In this document: positions 44,898-54,898 of the stretch, piece after piece
Layout of the letters: each line of letters opens with the position of its first letter
Position numbering within the stretch: the first letter of the stretch is position 1
Notes under the pieces: model-generated
Told to the model about the DNA's origin: nothing
Databases searched by the model: none
The model's input: the letters and a program-made list of their open reading frames with translations, nothing else
Source of the DNA: a virus
Taxonomy: Duplodnaviria > Caudoviricetes
DNA length: 55,032 bases
IMG/VR virus record: IMGVR_UViG_3300045020_000011
Location: 1 to 55,032 of that record
Direction: 5' to 3' (one strand)
Translations under genes and position numbers: made by a program

Positions 44898-47188
44898 TGC
44901 CAATCAATAACACGCCCGGTGGGGCTATGCAAGCAATGGCCTCCGGTGCTCAAGGCGGGGGTGTTGATCCTAACCAAGACCCATATAACCTGGGTGATGC
45001 AGCACAGATGTTGGGGCAACAGCAGCAACAAATGAATCAGATGCCACAACCTCCGCAACAGCCTGACATTCCTCATCCGGACGCTAACCCAGGTCCGGAC
45101 AATCGCTTGCGTGGCTTTATCGAATCAGTCAACATCGCTGAGAAGTTGGACGAAGACACACTGCGTAAGATTTCTAATCAGGTCTGTGAAGGTTTTGAAG
45201 TCGATCTCCAATCTCGTAAAGAATGGGAACACAAGATCGATGAGTGGACCAAACTGGCCCAGCAAGTCCAAGAACAAAAAGCATATCCGTGGCCGAAAGC
45301 CTCGAATATCAAGTATCCTCTATTGTCTACCGCAGCGATGCAGTTTGCTGCCCGTGCCTATCCTACCCTTGTACCAAGTGATGGTCATGTGGTTACTGGA
45401 CAGGTTATTGGTAAAGACCCAGACGATTCCAAGCAAGATCAAGCTGAACGAATTGGTACATATATGTCCTATGACATTATGCACCAAATGGACGGTTGGG
45501 AAGAGGGAATGGATAAGCTCCTGATCACTCTACCCATCGTTGGTACGATGTTCAAGAAGACCTTCTGGGACCCGATCAAGAAAAAGAATTGCAGCCATGT
45601 ACTGCTGCCGAAGCATGTTGTCGTCAACTATTGGGCTACTTGTCTCAAAGATTGTGAACGTATCTCTGAGATTATCCCAATGACTAAGCGGATGGTTAAG
45701 CAACGTCAGATGAGCAAGTTGTTCTGCAAAGACGTTGATCTTGGTGAACCGCCCTCGATTCCAATGGACGGTCATAATCGAAAGTCCAACTGGATGCCAG
45801 CAAATGATGAGACGACTCCGTATGAGATTGTAGAACAGCATTGCTACTACGACTTGGACGATGATGGATATGCTGAACCGTATGTGGTCACGTTTCACCG
45901 GCAGTCCCGTAAGATACTTCGGATCACTGCACGGTATGACGAAAGTACAATTCTGTTTACTGATGATGGAGAGTTGGCTGGTATTGAGCCCATTCATTAT
46001 TATACTAAATTTGGTTTCATCCCTAACCCCGATGGGTCATTTTATGACATTGGTTTTGGGATGTTGCTTGGGCCTCTTAATGAGTCCGTTAACACAATCA
46101 TTAACCAGTTGACGGATGCAGGGACTCTGAATAACCTCCAGAGTGGTTTTATAGGGAAGGGCCTTCGACTCCGTATGGGCGATCATCGCTTTATGCCGGG
46201 TGAATGGAAGGCTGTCAATGCAGTAGGGGATGATCTCAAGAAGCAGATTTTCCCGCTTCCAACTAAAGAACCTAGCCCTGTTCTATTCCAGTTGATGGGC
46301 CAATTGGTCACATCGGCTAAGGAACTGGCTTCGGTCGCTGAAATCTTCACCGGGAAGATGCCCGGTCAAAACACTCCCGCTACTACCACGATGGCTACCG
46401 TGGAACAGGGGATGAAGGTTTTCACGGCCATCTATAAGCGTATCTACCGTGCTCTGAGTGAAGAGTTCTGTAAGCTGTTCAAGTTGAACGCTACATATCT
46501 CAACCCCCAGACGTATGCGGCAGTTATTAACGAACCGGTTGGTCCAGATGACTTTGATGAAACAACGTACCGGGTTATCCCGGCAGCGGACCCGAATGCC
46601 ACTAGTGCCCAGGAGAAATTGCAGAAAGCAGAAGGACTTCTCCAGTTGCTTCCAATTGGCGTGCTTGATCCGGTACAGGTCATCACACGAGTACTCAAGG
46701 CTCAGGAACAGCCGAATTATGAGCAGCTATTTAACCAAGCTGTACAGCAAACGGGCCAGATGCCGCCGCCACCTCCTGATCCAAAGGTGCAAGAACTTCA
46801 GATGAAGTCTCAAGCACAACAGCAGGAAATGCAGTTGAAGACGGCACAGCAGCAACAGCAGATGGAGCTAGAGTCTCGTAGTAAGCAGCAACAAATGGCG
46901 ATGGAAGCGCAAGAGCATCAACAGAAGATGCAGATGCAAGCCCAGGAAGCTCAAATGGATGCCCAAGTACAGGCCCATGCAGCTAACGCCCAGATTGCGG
47001 CTGAACAGATGCAGATGCAACATCAACACCAAATGAACCAACAAGAGTTGCAAATGACGCAAGAGAGTCACAAGGCGTCACTACAACAGGGTCAAGAAGC
47101 CCATAAGGCCAAGGTCCAACAGACTAAGGAGAGCCAAAAATTACAAGCCCAACACAAATCTTCTCAGACTGGCGCAAGGAAGAAGTAA
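44897..47188 (+). CDS. Portal protein with Q-rich C-terminal barrel
   Basis: Follows TerL; PWPKASN, QFAARAY, G.MFKK; long Q/M-rich coil. Confidence 0.9.
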   Translation: MPINNTPGGAMQAMASGAQGGGVDPNQDPYNLGDAAQMLGQQQQQMNQMPQPPQQPDIPHPDANPGPDNRLRGFIESVNIAEKLDEDTLRKISNQVCEGFEVDLQSRKEWEHKIDEWTKLAQQVQEQKAYPWPKASNIKYPLLSTAAMQFAARAYPTLVPSDGHVVTGQVIGKDPDDSKQDQAERIGTYMSYDIMHQMDGWEEGMDKLLITLPIVGTMFKKTFWDPIKKKNCSHVLLPKHVVVNYWATCLKDCERISEIIPMTKRMVKQRQMSKLFCKDVDLGEPPSIPMDGHNRKSNWMPANDETTPYEIVEQHCYYDLDDDGYAEPYVVTFHRQSRKILRITARYDESTILFTDDGELAGIEPIHYYTKFGFIPNPDGSFYDIGFGMLLGPLNESVNTIINQLTDAGTLNNLQSGFIGKGLRLRMGDHRFMPGEWKAVNAVGDDLKKQIFPLPTKEPSPVLFQLMGQLVTSAKELASVAEIFTGKMPGQNTPATTTMATVEQGMKVFTAIYKRIYRALSEEFCKLFKLNATYLNPQTYAAVINEPVGPDDFDETTYRVIPAADPNATSAQEKLQKAEGLLQLLPIGVLDPVQVITRVLKAQEQPNYEQLFNQAVQQTGQMPPPPPDPKVQELQMKSQAQQQEMQLKTAQQQQQMELESRSKQQQMAMEAQEHQQKMQMQAQEAQMDAQVQAHAANAQIAAEQMQMQHQHQMNQQELQMTQESHKASLQQGQEAHKAKVQQTKESQKLQAQHKSSQTGARKK

Positions 47189-47370
47189 CCGTCGCAGTCT
47201 TTGAATACCTAAAACAACTACGTAGTAATATTCTACAAGACTTAGAATTTAACGCTGGCAAAGATGCCCTACAAGATCGATACAATACAGGTCTCCTTGC
47301 CGGTATTAATGAAGTGCTCAATATGAGAGCAGACGACATTATAGACGAGGGAGACCTAAATGACAACTAA
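47140..47370 (+). CDS. Hypothetical protein (76 aa) with probable ATT start
   Basis: TAAGGAG RBS 8 nt before ATT; in-frame stop upstream; open frame fills the portal-GroES gap. Confidence 0.6.
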   Translation: MTSPTQIFSDWRKEEVTVAVFEYLKQLRSNILQDLEFNAGKDALQDRYNTGLLAGINEVLNMRADDIIDEGDLNDN

Positions 47371-47707
47371 AGCCGTCATTCACCGATTGGTAGTTAAACC
47401 TGTAAAGCTTGAAGAGTATGACGATGTTGCAGCGAAGCTACATGAACTTGGTTGGGAACGTGCCGTTACTGAAGAAAGCAAGTATCAGCACACCCAGATT
47501 GACCAAGGTACGGTAATCGATATCGGACCTACAGCTTTCCTGGATTATGTAAAGAAGCATAACCTGGATATCCCTGTAAAGGTTGGCGATATGGTTACAT
47601 ATGCTCGCCACAGTGGCAAGTTTGTAAAAGACCCCTTCAACCAGGACGTTGAAGAACTTGTTGTTATCAATGATGACGACGTGATTGCGATTCACACACA
47701 GGAGTAA
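47360..47707 (+). CDS. GroES-like co-chaperonin
   Basis: HRLVVKP...GTVIDIGPTAF...VKVGDMVTYARHSG...INDDDVIA. Confidence 0.82.
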   Translation: MTTKAVIHRLVVKPVKLEEYDDVAAKLHELGWERAVTEESKYQHTQIDQGTVIDIGPTAFLDYVKKHNLDIPVKVGDMVTYARHSGKFVKDPFNQDVEELVVINDDDVIAIHTQE

Positions 47708-47713
47708 GCAGAG

Positions 47714-48496
47714 ATGGCTGACACAAATAACGCACAAAACGAACAAGGAACACAGGTTCCTGGTGAAGCACTAAGTCCCGTCCAACAAGAAGCGTTGGAG
47801 CAAGGGTGGGTCCCGAAGGACCAATTTGATGGTGATCCCGAGAAGTTCGTAGATGCGGGTGAATTCCTCCGTCGTGGAGAACTCTTCCGGAAGATTGAGT
47901 CACAATCGAAGGAAATGAAGGAACTGCGCAAGGCTCTTAATGAACTTGCCAAACACAACGCCAATGTTCGCAAAGTTGAATATGAGCGTGCTGTCCAATC
48001 ACTGAAGGCTGAGAAGAAGCAAGCACTCGCAGAAGGCGATGCAGACAAAGTTGTAGAGATTGATGATCGTATCGATCTCGTGAAAGATCAACAAAAGCAA
48101 CTTCAATCTCAGGTTATTCAGGAGTCGATTCCTCAAGAAGTCCATCCGGAACTGAAGAACTGGATGAACAAGAACCCCTGGTACGAAAGCAATCGTTCCA
48201 TGCGTGGTTGGGCTGATGCCCGTGGCATTGAACTCGCAGAAGCGGGCAAGTCACCGACTGAGGTTCTCAAAGCTCTTGAAGCTGAAGTGAAGGACCGGTT
48301 TAAGGAAAAGTTCCACAATCCTAATCGCGACAAAGCTGGTGCAGTTGAGGGGAATCTTCCCCGTGGCCGTACCAAGGAAGCGGATTATGAATTGTCGGAT
48401 GTCGAGAAGACAGTGATGAAAACCCTTGTTGATGGTGGTCATATTACCAAGGATGAGTATATCAAACAACTCAAGGCCGTTAAGGGCCAAGGCTAA
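47714..48496 (+). CDS. Putative scaffolding protein
   Basis: EQGWVPKDQFDGDPEKFVDA; coiled coil; W...NPWY; position. Confidence 0.7.
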   Translation: MADTNNAQNEQGTQVPGEALSPVQQEALEQGWVPKDQFDGDPEKFVDAGEFLRRGELFRKIESQSKEMKELRKALNELAKHNANVRKVEYERAVQSLKAEKKQALAEGDADKVVEIDDRIDLVKDQQKQLQSQVIQESIPQEVHPELKNWMNKNPWYESNRSMRGWADARGIELAEAGKSPTEVLKALEAEVKDRFKEKFHNPNRDKAGAVEGNLPRGRTKEADYELSDVEKTVMKTLVDGGHITKDEYIKQLKAVKGQG

Positions 48497-48516
48497 AATT
48501 CCAAGAGGATCAAATC

Positions 48517-48960
48517 ATGAATCGTAGAACTTCCAATTCCGATACCCAAGAACAAGCTGTTGGGGCAACAAGTGTCCGCCCGAAACGTGTGCCTGTAGGG
48601 ACGCGTCCGCGTTTGCATGTGTCTGGTAAGAACCCGAATTTTGAATATCGCTGGGTTAATGACACTCCGAACAACATCAATCTAATGCAACAATATGGCT
48701 GGCAACTCTGTACCAACGATGAAGTAGATGTTGGTAACTTCCGTACCGAACAAGCGTCTGGTGAAGGTTCACTAGCTTGCACGGTAGTGGATGGTGGCAA
48801 TGGTATGAAAGCGTATGTGATGAAGATTTCCAAGGAAGAGTACAAGGAAATCCAAGATGCATTCGCCGAGATTACCGACGCAAGTGAAGAGACGCTGCGG
48901 CCAAATTATAACGATGGTGAATATGGAAAAATTTCTATTGATCGATCTGGTCGTCGATAA
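48517..48960 (+). CDS. Conserved head-module hypothetical protein
   Basis: EYRWVND...GW...YVMKI. Confidence 0.7.
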   Translation: MNRRTSNSDTQEQAVGATSVRPKRVPVGTRPRLHVSGKNPNFEYRWVNDTPNNINLMQQYGWQLCTNDEVDVGNFRTEQASGEGSLACTVVDGGNGMKAYVMKISKEEYKEIQDAFAEITDASEETLRPNYNDGEYGKISIDRSGRR

Positions 48961-49007
48961 GTTCCGTGTTAGCCATCTATTATCTTAATCCAATATGGAG
49001 ATTTTAA

Positions 49008-49607
49008 ATGGCTAACGTAAGTCGTATTAATGGCTTCCGCCCGGTTAAACATATTGATGGTTCTCCTTGGAACGGCCAAGTGAACCGGTATGTTACCAAC
49101 CCGTCGGACGCAACGCCTATTTTTCAAGGCGATTTGGTAGCTCTGGCAGCCTTTACGGATTCCCCCGGTTCGACTCCCTACCAAGGGACCGTCGGTGGTA
49201 CGCAAGGTGTTACTAAAGCAACTCTCGGCGCTGCTCAACCTGCCGTTGGTGTTGCTGTCGGTTTCATGATTAATCCCCTTAACCTGAATAGCCCGCAATA
49301 TCGTCCTGCTTCGACCCAGTTGTATGTTTTGGTCGCTGACGAACCGACGGTAGTGTTTGCAGTTCAAGGTCCTAACTCGGCTAACCCGACTGACCTGAAC
49401 CAAAACGCGACGGTGACGGACAATGGTGGTTCGACTGTTACTGGCCAATCTGGTCAATATGTCAGTGCTTATCTGGGCACGGCGGCAGGACAGGTAAAAG
49501 TACTTGGCGCAGTCCAAGCGGCTGACAATGACATTACCTCGGCTAACTACAAGATTTTGGTGATGATTAACAATCACCAATATTCTGGTGGCGCTGTTGG
49601 CGTCTAA
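49008..49607 (+). CDS. Capsid decoration / minor capsid protein
   Basis: MAN....GFRPV...IFQGDLV; immediately upstream of the MCP. Confidence 0.65.
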   Translation: MANVSRINGFRPVKHIDGSPWNGQVNRYVTNPSDATPIFQGDLVALAAFTDSPGSTPYQGTVGGTQGVTKATLGAAQPAVGVAVGFMINPLNLNSPQYRPASTQLYVLVADEPTVVFAVQGPNSANPTDLNQNATVTDNGGSTVTGQSGQYVSAYLGTAAGQVKVLGAVQAADNDITSANYKILVMINNHQYSGGAVGV

Positions 49608-49623
49608 TAAGGGAGAATAAAAC

Positions 49624-50538
49624 ATGGCTGGTATTATCAATAGTTCAAGCTTTGCCAAGGCCCTCTGGCCCGGCGTAAATGCTTGGTACGGTAAGGCATA
49701 TGATGAGTATCCCGTTGAATGGGACAAACTCTTCGACAAAAACACTTCGCGTAAGCAGTACGAAGAAGACGTTGGTATTTCGTCCTTCGGTCTTGCTTCG
49801 GTGAAGCCTGAAGGTAGCCCGATCACGTATGATTCGGAACAGCAAACCTTCACCACTCGTTATACCCACATCGTCTATGCTCTTGGGTTTATCATCACCC
49901 GAGAAATCATGGAAGATGACCAGTATGACGTAGTTGGTCAGCGTAAGGCTCAAGGTCTCGCGTTCTCGATCCGTCAAACGAAGGAAGTTATCGGTGCCAA
50001 CGTTTACAATCGTGCTTTCAATAGCTCGTATGTTGGTGGTGATGGCGTGTCGCTGATTAACTCGGCACACCCGTTGTTTGCTGGTGGTACGTTCTCGAAC
50101 CAAATCTCGACGGCTGCGGACTTGTCTGAAGCTGCTCTTGAGCAGGCTTGCATCGATATTGCTAACTTCACGAACGATCGTGGTCTGCGTATCGCTGTCC
50201 GTCCTGATTCGCTTATTCTTCCGATTCAACTCGAATTTGAAGCTGAGCGTATCCTGAAGACGGAACGCCGGGTTGGTTCGAACCTGAACGACGTGAATGC
50301 TCTCAAGCAAACGGGTCGCTTCCCGAAGGGTATCATCCTTAACCATTACTTCACGAACCCGCTCGCATGGTTCATCCGCACGGACGTGAAAGATGGTATG
50401 AAGTTCTTCGAGCGTCGTGGTGACGAGTTTGAAATGGACAACGATTTCGATACTGAAAACGCCCGTTTCAAGGCAACCTCGCGTTACTCGTTCGGCTGGA
50501 CTGATCCCCGTACTCTGTACGGCAGCGCTGGCGTCTAA
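49624..50538 (+). CDS. Major capsid protein (Mu gpT-like HK97 fold)
   Basis: KALWPG, KPEG..ITYD, YALGFIITRE, RYSFGWTDPR; followed by a terminator. Confidence 0.9.
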   Translation: MAGIINSSSFAKALWPGVNAWYGKAYDEYPVEWDKLFDKNTSRKQYEEDVGISSFGLASVKPEGSPITYDSEQQTFTTRYTHIVYALGFIITREIMEDDQYDVVGQRKAQGLAFSIRQTKEVIGANVYNRAFNSSYVGGDGVSLINSAHPLFAGGTFSNQISTAADLSEAALEQACIDIANFTNDRGLRIAVRPDSLILPIQLEFEAERILKTERRVGSNLNDVNALKQTGRFPKGIILNHYFTNPLAWFIRTDVKDGMKFFERRGDEFEMDNDFDTENARFKATSRYSFGWTDPRTLYGSAGV

Positions 50539-50544
50539 TGAACC

Positions 50545-50569
50545 GGAGGGCTTCGGCCCTCCTTCTTTT
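50545..50569 (+). terminator. Intrinsic terminator after the MCP
   Basis: GGAGGGC-TTCG-GCCCTCC-TTCTTTT. Confidence 0.88.
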
Positions 50570-50579
50570 GGAGATTTAA

Positions 50580-51041
50580 ATGGGTATTAAAAGTGTTGCG
50601 GACCTTGTTCCGCTGAATCCCGCACAGATCACCCCAATCACGCCAGAACGTAAGTCTCGTCTTGTTGTTCCATTCCAGGTTCTTCGCTCGAATACGACTG
50701 CTACTAAAGTAGCGGTACTTCCTGCTGATGCAACGATTACTGGTTTTCAGTGGTTCGTTCAGACTCCTTCGAATGCAACGACGACTGCGATTGTTACGTT
50801 GACGGGTCAAGGTGTTGGTCCCTCGGGACAGACTTTTGCGTTTGGTTCACAAAGCGTGCTGACTGCGGGTAGTGGTTGGATGAATGCTACGGCTAACATC
50901 CTGACTGGTGTGTTCAATCTGGAACGTGCTCCGGCTACGCAAACCAGTGGCGATATTATCATCTATGCAACGTATTCGGAAACGGGTAATGCATCGACGG
51001 CTGGTGGTCCTTTCTACTTCCTTATTGATTACGTGAGGTAA
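50580..51041 (+). CDS. Virion structural protein
   Basis: Beta-rich; RBS; position. Confidence 0.65.
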   Translation: MGIKSVADLVPLNPAQITPITPERKSRLVVPFQVLRSNTTATKVAVLPADATITGFQWFVQTPSNATTTAIVTLTGQGVGPSGQTFAFGSQSVLTAGSGWMNATANILTGVFNLERAPATQTSGDIIIYATYSETGNASTAGGPFYFLIDYVR

Positions 51042-51042
51042 T

Positions 51043-51360
51043 GTGATGCGGCGAATTACTCAAACTGTAACAGGTGTAGGTTCTTCGCCCGTCATTCCTA
51101 TGGATTCACGGGCGCAAGTGTTTAACGTTGGTTTTGGTTGTGAAGTGAATGGTACGGCAACGTACACAGTGCAACATACGTTTGATGATATCTACAATCC
51201 AGCGATTACGCCTGTGTGGTTTCCTCACCAGTATGTAGCTGCTCAAACGACTAATCAAAATGGTAACTATGCGTTTCCGATCTCTGCTATGCAGTTGGTA
51301 ATCACTGCTGGTACAGGCTCGGTCACGATCAATATTCTTCAAACGGCAGGACAGGGTTAA
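51043..51360 (+). CDS. Virion structural protein
   Basis: TYTVQHTFDD; beta-rich. Confidence 0.65.
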   Translation: MMRRITQTVTGVGSSPVIPMDSRAQVFNVGFGCEVNGTATYTVQHTFDDIYNPAITPVWFPHQYVAAQTTNQNGNYAFPISAMQLVITAGTGSVTINILQTAGQG

Positions 51361-51363
51361 TCT

Positions 51364-51780
51364 ATGGCAACTAATCTCAAGTATAGTGCTGTCCTTAAAA
51401 ATGCTCAGCTAAATGCGATCTCCACCACGGTGGGGACTTCGGCGTTGCTGAACATCTATAGTGGTACTCAACCGGCTAACCCGGATACTGCTGTTACTTC
51501 CCAGGTTCTACTCGCTACACTCGCATGTAGCGCCACGTTTGCTGGCTCTGCCTCTGGTGGTGTACTCACTGTGAATGCTGTTTCCAATGGTACAGGCACC
51601 GCTGGTGCTGGTGCTGGCACGACCGCAACTTGGTTCCGCGTTACGACTTCTGGTGGTACTGCTCACATGGATGGGTCTGTTGGCACATCTGGTGCTGACT
51701 TGAACCTCACTGGTTCTGCATCTATTGCTACTGGTCAAACTGTTAGCGTCACAAGCTGGACAATCTCTAGCGGGAACTAA
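51364..51780 (+). CDS. Virion structural protein
   Basis: LNIYSGTQPANPD, GTTATWFR, DGSVGTSGADLNL. Confidence 0.7.
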   Translation: MATNLKYSAVLKNAQLNAISTTVGTSALLNIYSGTQPANPDTAVTSQVLLATLACSATFAGSASGGVLTVNAVSNGTGTAGAGAGTTATWFRVTTSGGTAHMDGSVGTSGADLNLTGSASIATGQTVSVTSWTISSGN

Positions 51781-51782
51781 TC

Positions 51783-53219
51783 ATGACCGTCGTCGTCCTG
51801 ACTTCGGGAACCTCATGGACAGTACCAACTGGCGTTACCACACTAACACTCGTCGAAGTATGGGGTGCTGGTGGTGGTGGCGCTTCTGCTAACTATACAG
51901 CAACAGGATCATGTGGTGGTGGTGGAGGTGCTTATTCTTCAGTAGCCAACGTTTCAGTTACACCAGGACAAGTTATCACTATTAACATTGGTGCTGGTGG
52001 TACTGGAGAAACAGGTTCTAAAGCTGCCATCTCGGGTGGAAGTTCCTGGTTTAACGGTACTTCTGTCACTGCCGCTACTTGTTCAGCATACGGTGGTTCG
52101 GCTCCGGCTCAGAACGGTACTACAGGAGGTGCTGGTGGTGTAGCAACTGGTGTAGGAACTACCAGTTATGCCGGTGGAGCAGGTGGTAGTGCTGGTATCT
52201 CTAATGCAGGTGCAGGCGGGGGTGGAGCAGGTACTGCGACCGCAGCGGGTGGAGCAGGGGCAGCCGGTACATCAGGTTCAGGAAAAGTTGGTGGTGTTGG
52301 TGGTTCAAGTGCTGGTGCAGGGGGTGCTGGAGGGACAAGTACTAGCACAACTGGTGGTACAGGAACTGCTAATACAAATGGGGGAGGTGGTGCAGGCGGG
52401 GGCTACTCAACCAATGGTAATGGTGGTGCTGGTGGACTTCCAGGAGGCGGAGGTGGTGGTGGTGGATCATATGCCAACTCGACCCTGGGTGGTGCTGGTG
52501 CGGGCGGTCAGATTCAGATTACCTATTCTACTGGGTCTTCTCCTGCTACTGGTACTATTGCATCTACTCAGAATGCTCAGACTGACGTTCTCTTTGGTTC
52601 AGCAGTAATTAGTGGTCCAATTGCTTCAACTCAAGACCCCAATACTGATGCAATTACTGGAGCAGTCACAAACGGTGGAGCGGGTACGATAGCTGATGTA
52701 CAGAATCCACAAGTCAACACAATGGCTGGTGCTGTTTCTCTGTCAGGAACCATTGCTTCAACGCAGATTCAAACTGACTTGATTGTGGGACTGTTAGGAG
52801 ATATGGGTACTATTGTTAGTACTCAGAACAACCAAGTTAGTACAACCACTGCGTCAGTTGTTGTATCTGGAACCATCAGTGATGCTCAAAACAATCAAAC
52901 TGATTCGTTCGCTGGTCGAGTTGTGGTCTCTGGACCAATCGCTAATACTCAGAACGCACAGACAGATGCTCTAGCTGGAATGGTGACGTCTGCTGGTAGT
53001 GGCTTCTTAGCTGACTCACAGCAACCTAATACTACGGCTGTGGCTGGAGCAATTAAGGTTTCGGGTTCTATTACGTCGGCTCAGAATAACCAATCGATGA
53101 TTGCAGTGGAACAACCTTCTGGCGAATCAACTATATCTCTTGGTCCGAATGTGACCTACTGGCAGGATGTTAATGAAGCTGACGCTATCACGAGTTGGCA
53201 CTCTATTACAAAAGGCTAA
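51783..53219 (+). CDS. Glycine-rich fibre/adhesin with C-terminal repeats
   Basis: SWTVPTGVT...VWGAGGGG poly-Gly domain, then repeated G.IA.TQ..Q units. Confidence 0.7.
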   Translation: MTVVVLTSGTSWTVPTGVTTLTLVEVWGAGGGGASANYTATGSCGGGGGAYSSVANVSVTPGQVITINIGAGGTGETGSKAAISGGSSWFNGTSVTAATCSAYGGSAPAQNGTTGGAGGVATGVGTTSYAGGAGGSAGISNAGAGGGGAGTATAAGGAGAAGTSGSGKVGGVGGSSAGAGGAGGTSTSTTGGTGTANTNGGGGAGGGYSTNGNGGAGGLPGGGGGGGGSYANSTLGGAGAGGQIQITYSTGSSPATGTIASTQNAQTDVLFGSAVISGPIASTQDPNTDAITGAVTNGGAGTIADVQNPQVNTMAGAVSLSGTIASTQIQTDLIVGLLGDMGTIVSTQNNQVSTTTASVVVSGTISDAQNNQTDSFAGRVVVSGPIANTQNAQTDALAGMVTSAGSGFLADSQQPNTTAVAGAIKVSGSITSAQNNQSMIAVEQPSGESTISLGPNVTYWQDVNEADAITSWHSITKG

Positions 53220-53222
53220 TAA

Positions 53223-54206
53223 ATGGCAACAAACCAAAATGTAACGCAATTAACACAACAAGTTGGTAGTGCCAACACTAGCTCCCTTTTCTATGCGGCT
53301 GTTGGCTCCAACGACACAGGACTCCCACTTTCTGTATTTGTGAACAACCTTGGACTGACTGGGGTGCCAACTGCACCTACCGCAGCCGTCAATACAAACA
53401 CGATTCAGATCGCTAGTTGTGCTTTTGTGATTAATCAGGGGTATTTGACTACCTCTAGCGCAGCTTCGACCTATGCTCCAAAAGCAAATCCGACCTTTAC
53501 TGGTACTATTGGTGGTGCATCTGCCTCTATAAGTCTTGGTGGAATGGCTTCCTTTTCTTCGATTCAAAGTACTCCGATTGGTACAACGTCGTCGGCTGCT
53601 GGATCATTTACTACTCTAAGTACTACCGGTATCTATACCTCGAATAACGCGACACAATCTACTAACAGTACTACTGGTGCTATTACGACTTTAGGTGGTA
53701 TTGGAGTAACTGGTAATGCAAATATTGGTGGTGCTGTAGGTGTTGGTTCAACCCTACAAGTTGGTGGTTTAGCTACTCTGGCTGGAGGCATTCAGGGTGT
53801 TACAAATGGTAGCAACGCCGCTGCTGGTAATGTGGGCGAGTATCAATCAGTTACTGTTAGTACTGCGGTATCTTTAACAACGACTACTTATATAAACATT
53901 GCCTCACTCAGTCTTACGGCTGGTGATTGGGATGTGCAGGGAGTTGTCGATTACTTGCCAGCAGCTTCCACAGTAATAGGTGAACAAGTAGCAAGTATTT
54001 CAACTGCTTCTGCGACTACTGGTGGTCTTGGATTCACTGCTGCCATTGCTGGAGCGGTTGTAACTGGAACGGGGCATGTTATACCAACACCAGTATCTAG
54101 GCTAAGCCTTACAACTACCACAACTGTTTATCTTGTGGGTTGGGCCTCTTTTAATACTAGTACCTGTACGGCTCAGGGCTTTCTTTCCGCACGTCGTATA
54201 CGTTAA
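53223..54206 (+). CDS. Tail fibre protein
   Basis: LTGVPTAPTA...QIASCAFV, PTFTG, GVTNGSNAAAGNVGE, LTAGDWDV, ARRIR. Confidence 0.75.
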   Translation: MATNQNVTQLTQQVGSANTSSLFYAAVGSNDTGLPLSVFVNNLGLTGVPTAPTAAVNTNTIQIASCAFVINQGYLTTSSAASTYAPKANPTFTGTIGGASASISLGGMASFSSIQSTPIGTTSSAAGSFTTLSTTGIYTSNNATQSTNSTTGAITTLGGIGVTGNANIGGAVGVGSTLQVGGLATLAGGIQGVTNGSNAAAGNVGEYQSVTVSTAVSLTTTTYINIASLSLTAGDWDVQGVVDYLPAASTVIGEQVASISTASATTGGLGFTAAIAGAVVTGTGHVIPTPVSRLSLTTTTTVYLVGWASFNTSTCTAQGFLSARRIR

Positions 54207-54218
54207 GGAAATAGCATA

Positions 54219-54458
54219 ATGTCTACCTTTACTTCAGGTTCAGCAACAGTTATTCATGCAACCTTCCAAGGCTTAGCAACTCCTGGCGGGATTAGTATTC
54301 CCGGTCTCCTTGTTGGGGATGTGGTGGTGTCAATAATCCCCTCTCCATTCCAACCAGGATTTGAACAGATTGTGTCAGTAGCAGACCAACTCCAACAAAT
54401 TACAACTGAGAATTGGAGTACTATGAATTTTGTAGTTTACTTGATTCGTGGTGCTTAA
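54219..54458 (+). CDS. Small structural / fibre-associated protein
   Basis: AAGGA RBS; PGLLVGD. Confidence 0.55.
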   Translation: MSTFTSGSATVIHATFQGLATPGGISIPGLLVGDVVVSIIPSPFQPGFEQIVSVADQLQQITTENWSTMNFVVYLIRGA

Positions 54459-54460
54459 TT

Positions 54461-54898
54461 ATGCCGGGTAATTACTTTAAATCTGGTGAGTGGAACGTCT
54501 ACTGCATGGTCTGTAACCGGAAGATCAAATCTGGCCTCATGATGAAGCGCTGGGATGGTCTTCTGGTTTGTCCAGATGACTATGAGAATCGTCATCCAAT
54601 GGACTTTCTCCGCTCACGACAAGAGCGAATTTCTGTACCGTTTTCTAGCGATACAAGTTTTAACCAATTTACGGATGTGACATATCCAACCTATCCATAC
54701 TGTAATGCAGAAGGTTCCAGTGGTGTTCCTGCATTAGCCATTGCTGGCTGTATGAGACCTGGAGTTGGCTTCCCGAATGGACTCCCAGTCACACCTGTCG
54801 AAATACCCGACGAGCCACCGGTTACGTACTTTGAACTTATGTCTGGTGGAAACCTAAACAAAATGGATGGTACTCAACTGGTCTATGTAAGCACATGA
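54461..54898 (+). CDS. Conserved virion-module protein with CxxC motifs
   Basis: GEWNVYCMVC...WDGLLVCPDDYE.RHP.DF. Confidence 0.7.
   Translation: MPGNYFKSGEWNVYCMVCNRKIKSGLMMKRWDGLLVCPDDYENRHPMDFLRSRQERISVPFSSDTSFNQFTDVTYPTYPYCNAEGSSGVPALAIAGCMRPGVGFPNGLPVTPVEIPDEPPVTYFELMSGGNLNKMDGTQLVYVST

Noticed and set aside
48969-50346. Long minus-strand ORFs (295 and 233 aa)
   Set aside because: Antisense shadows of capsid-module genes
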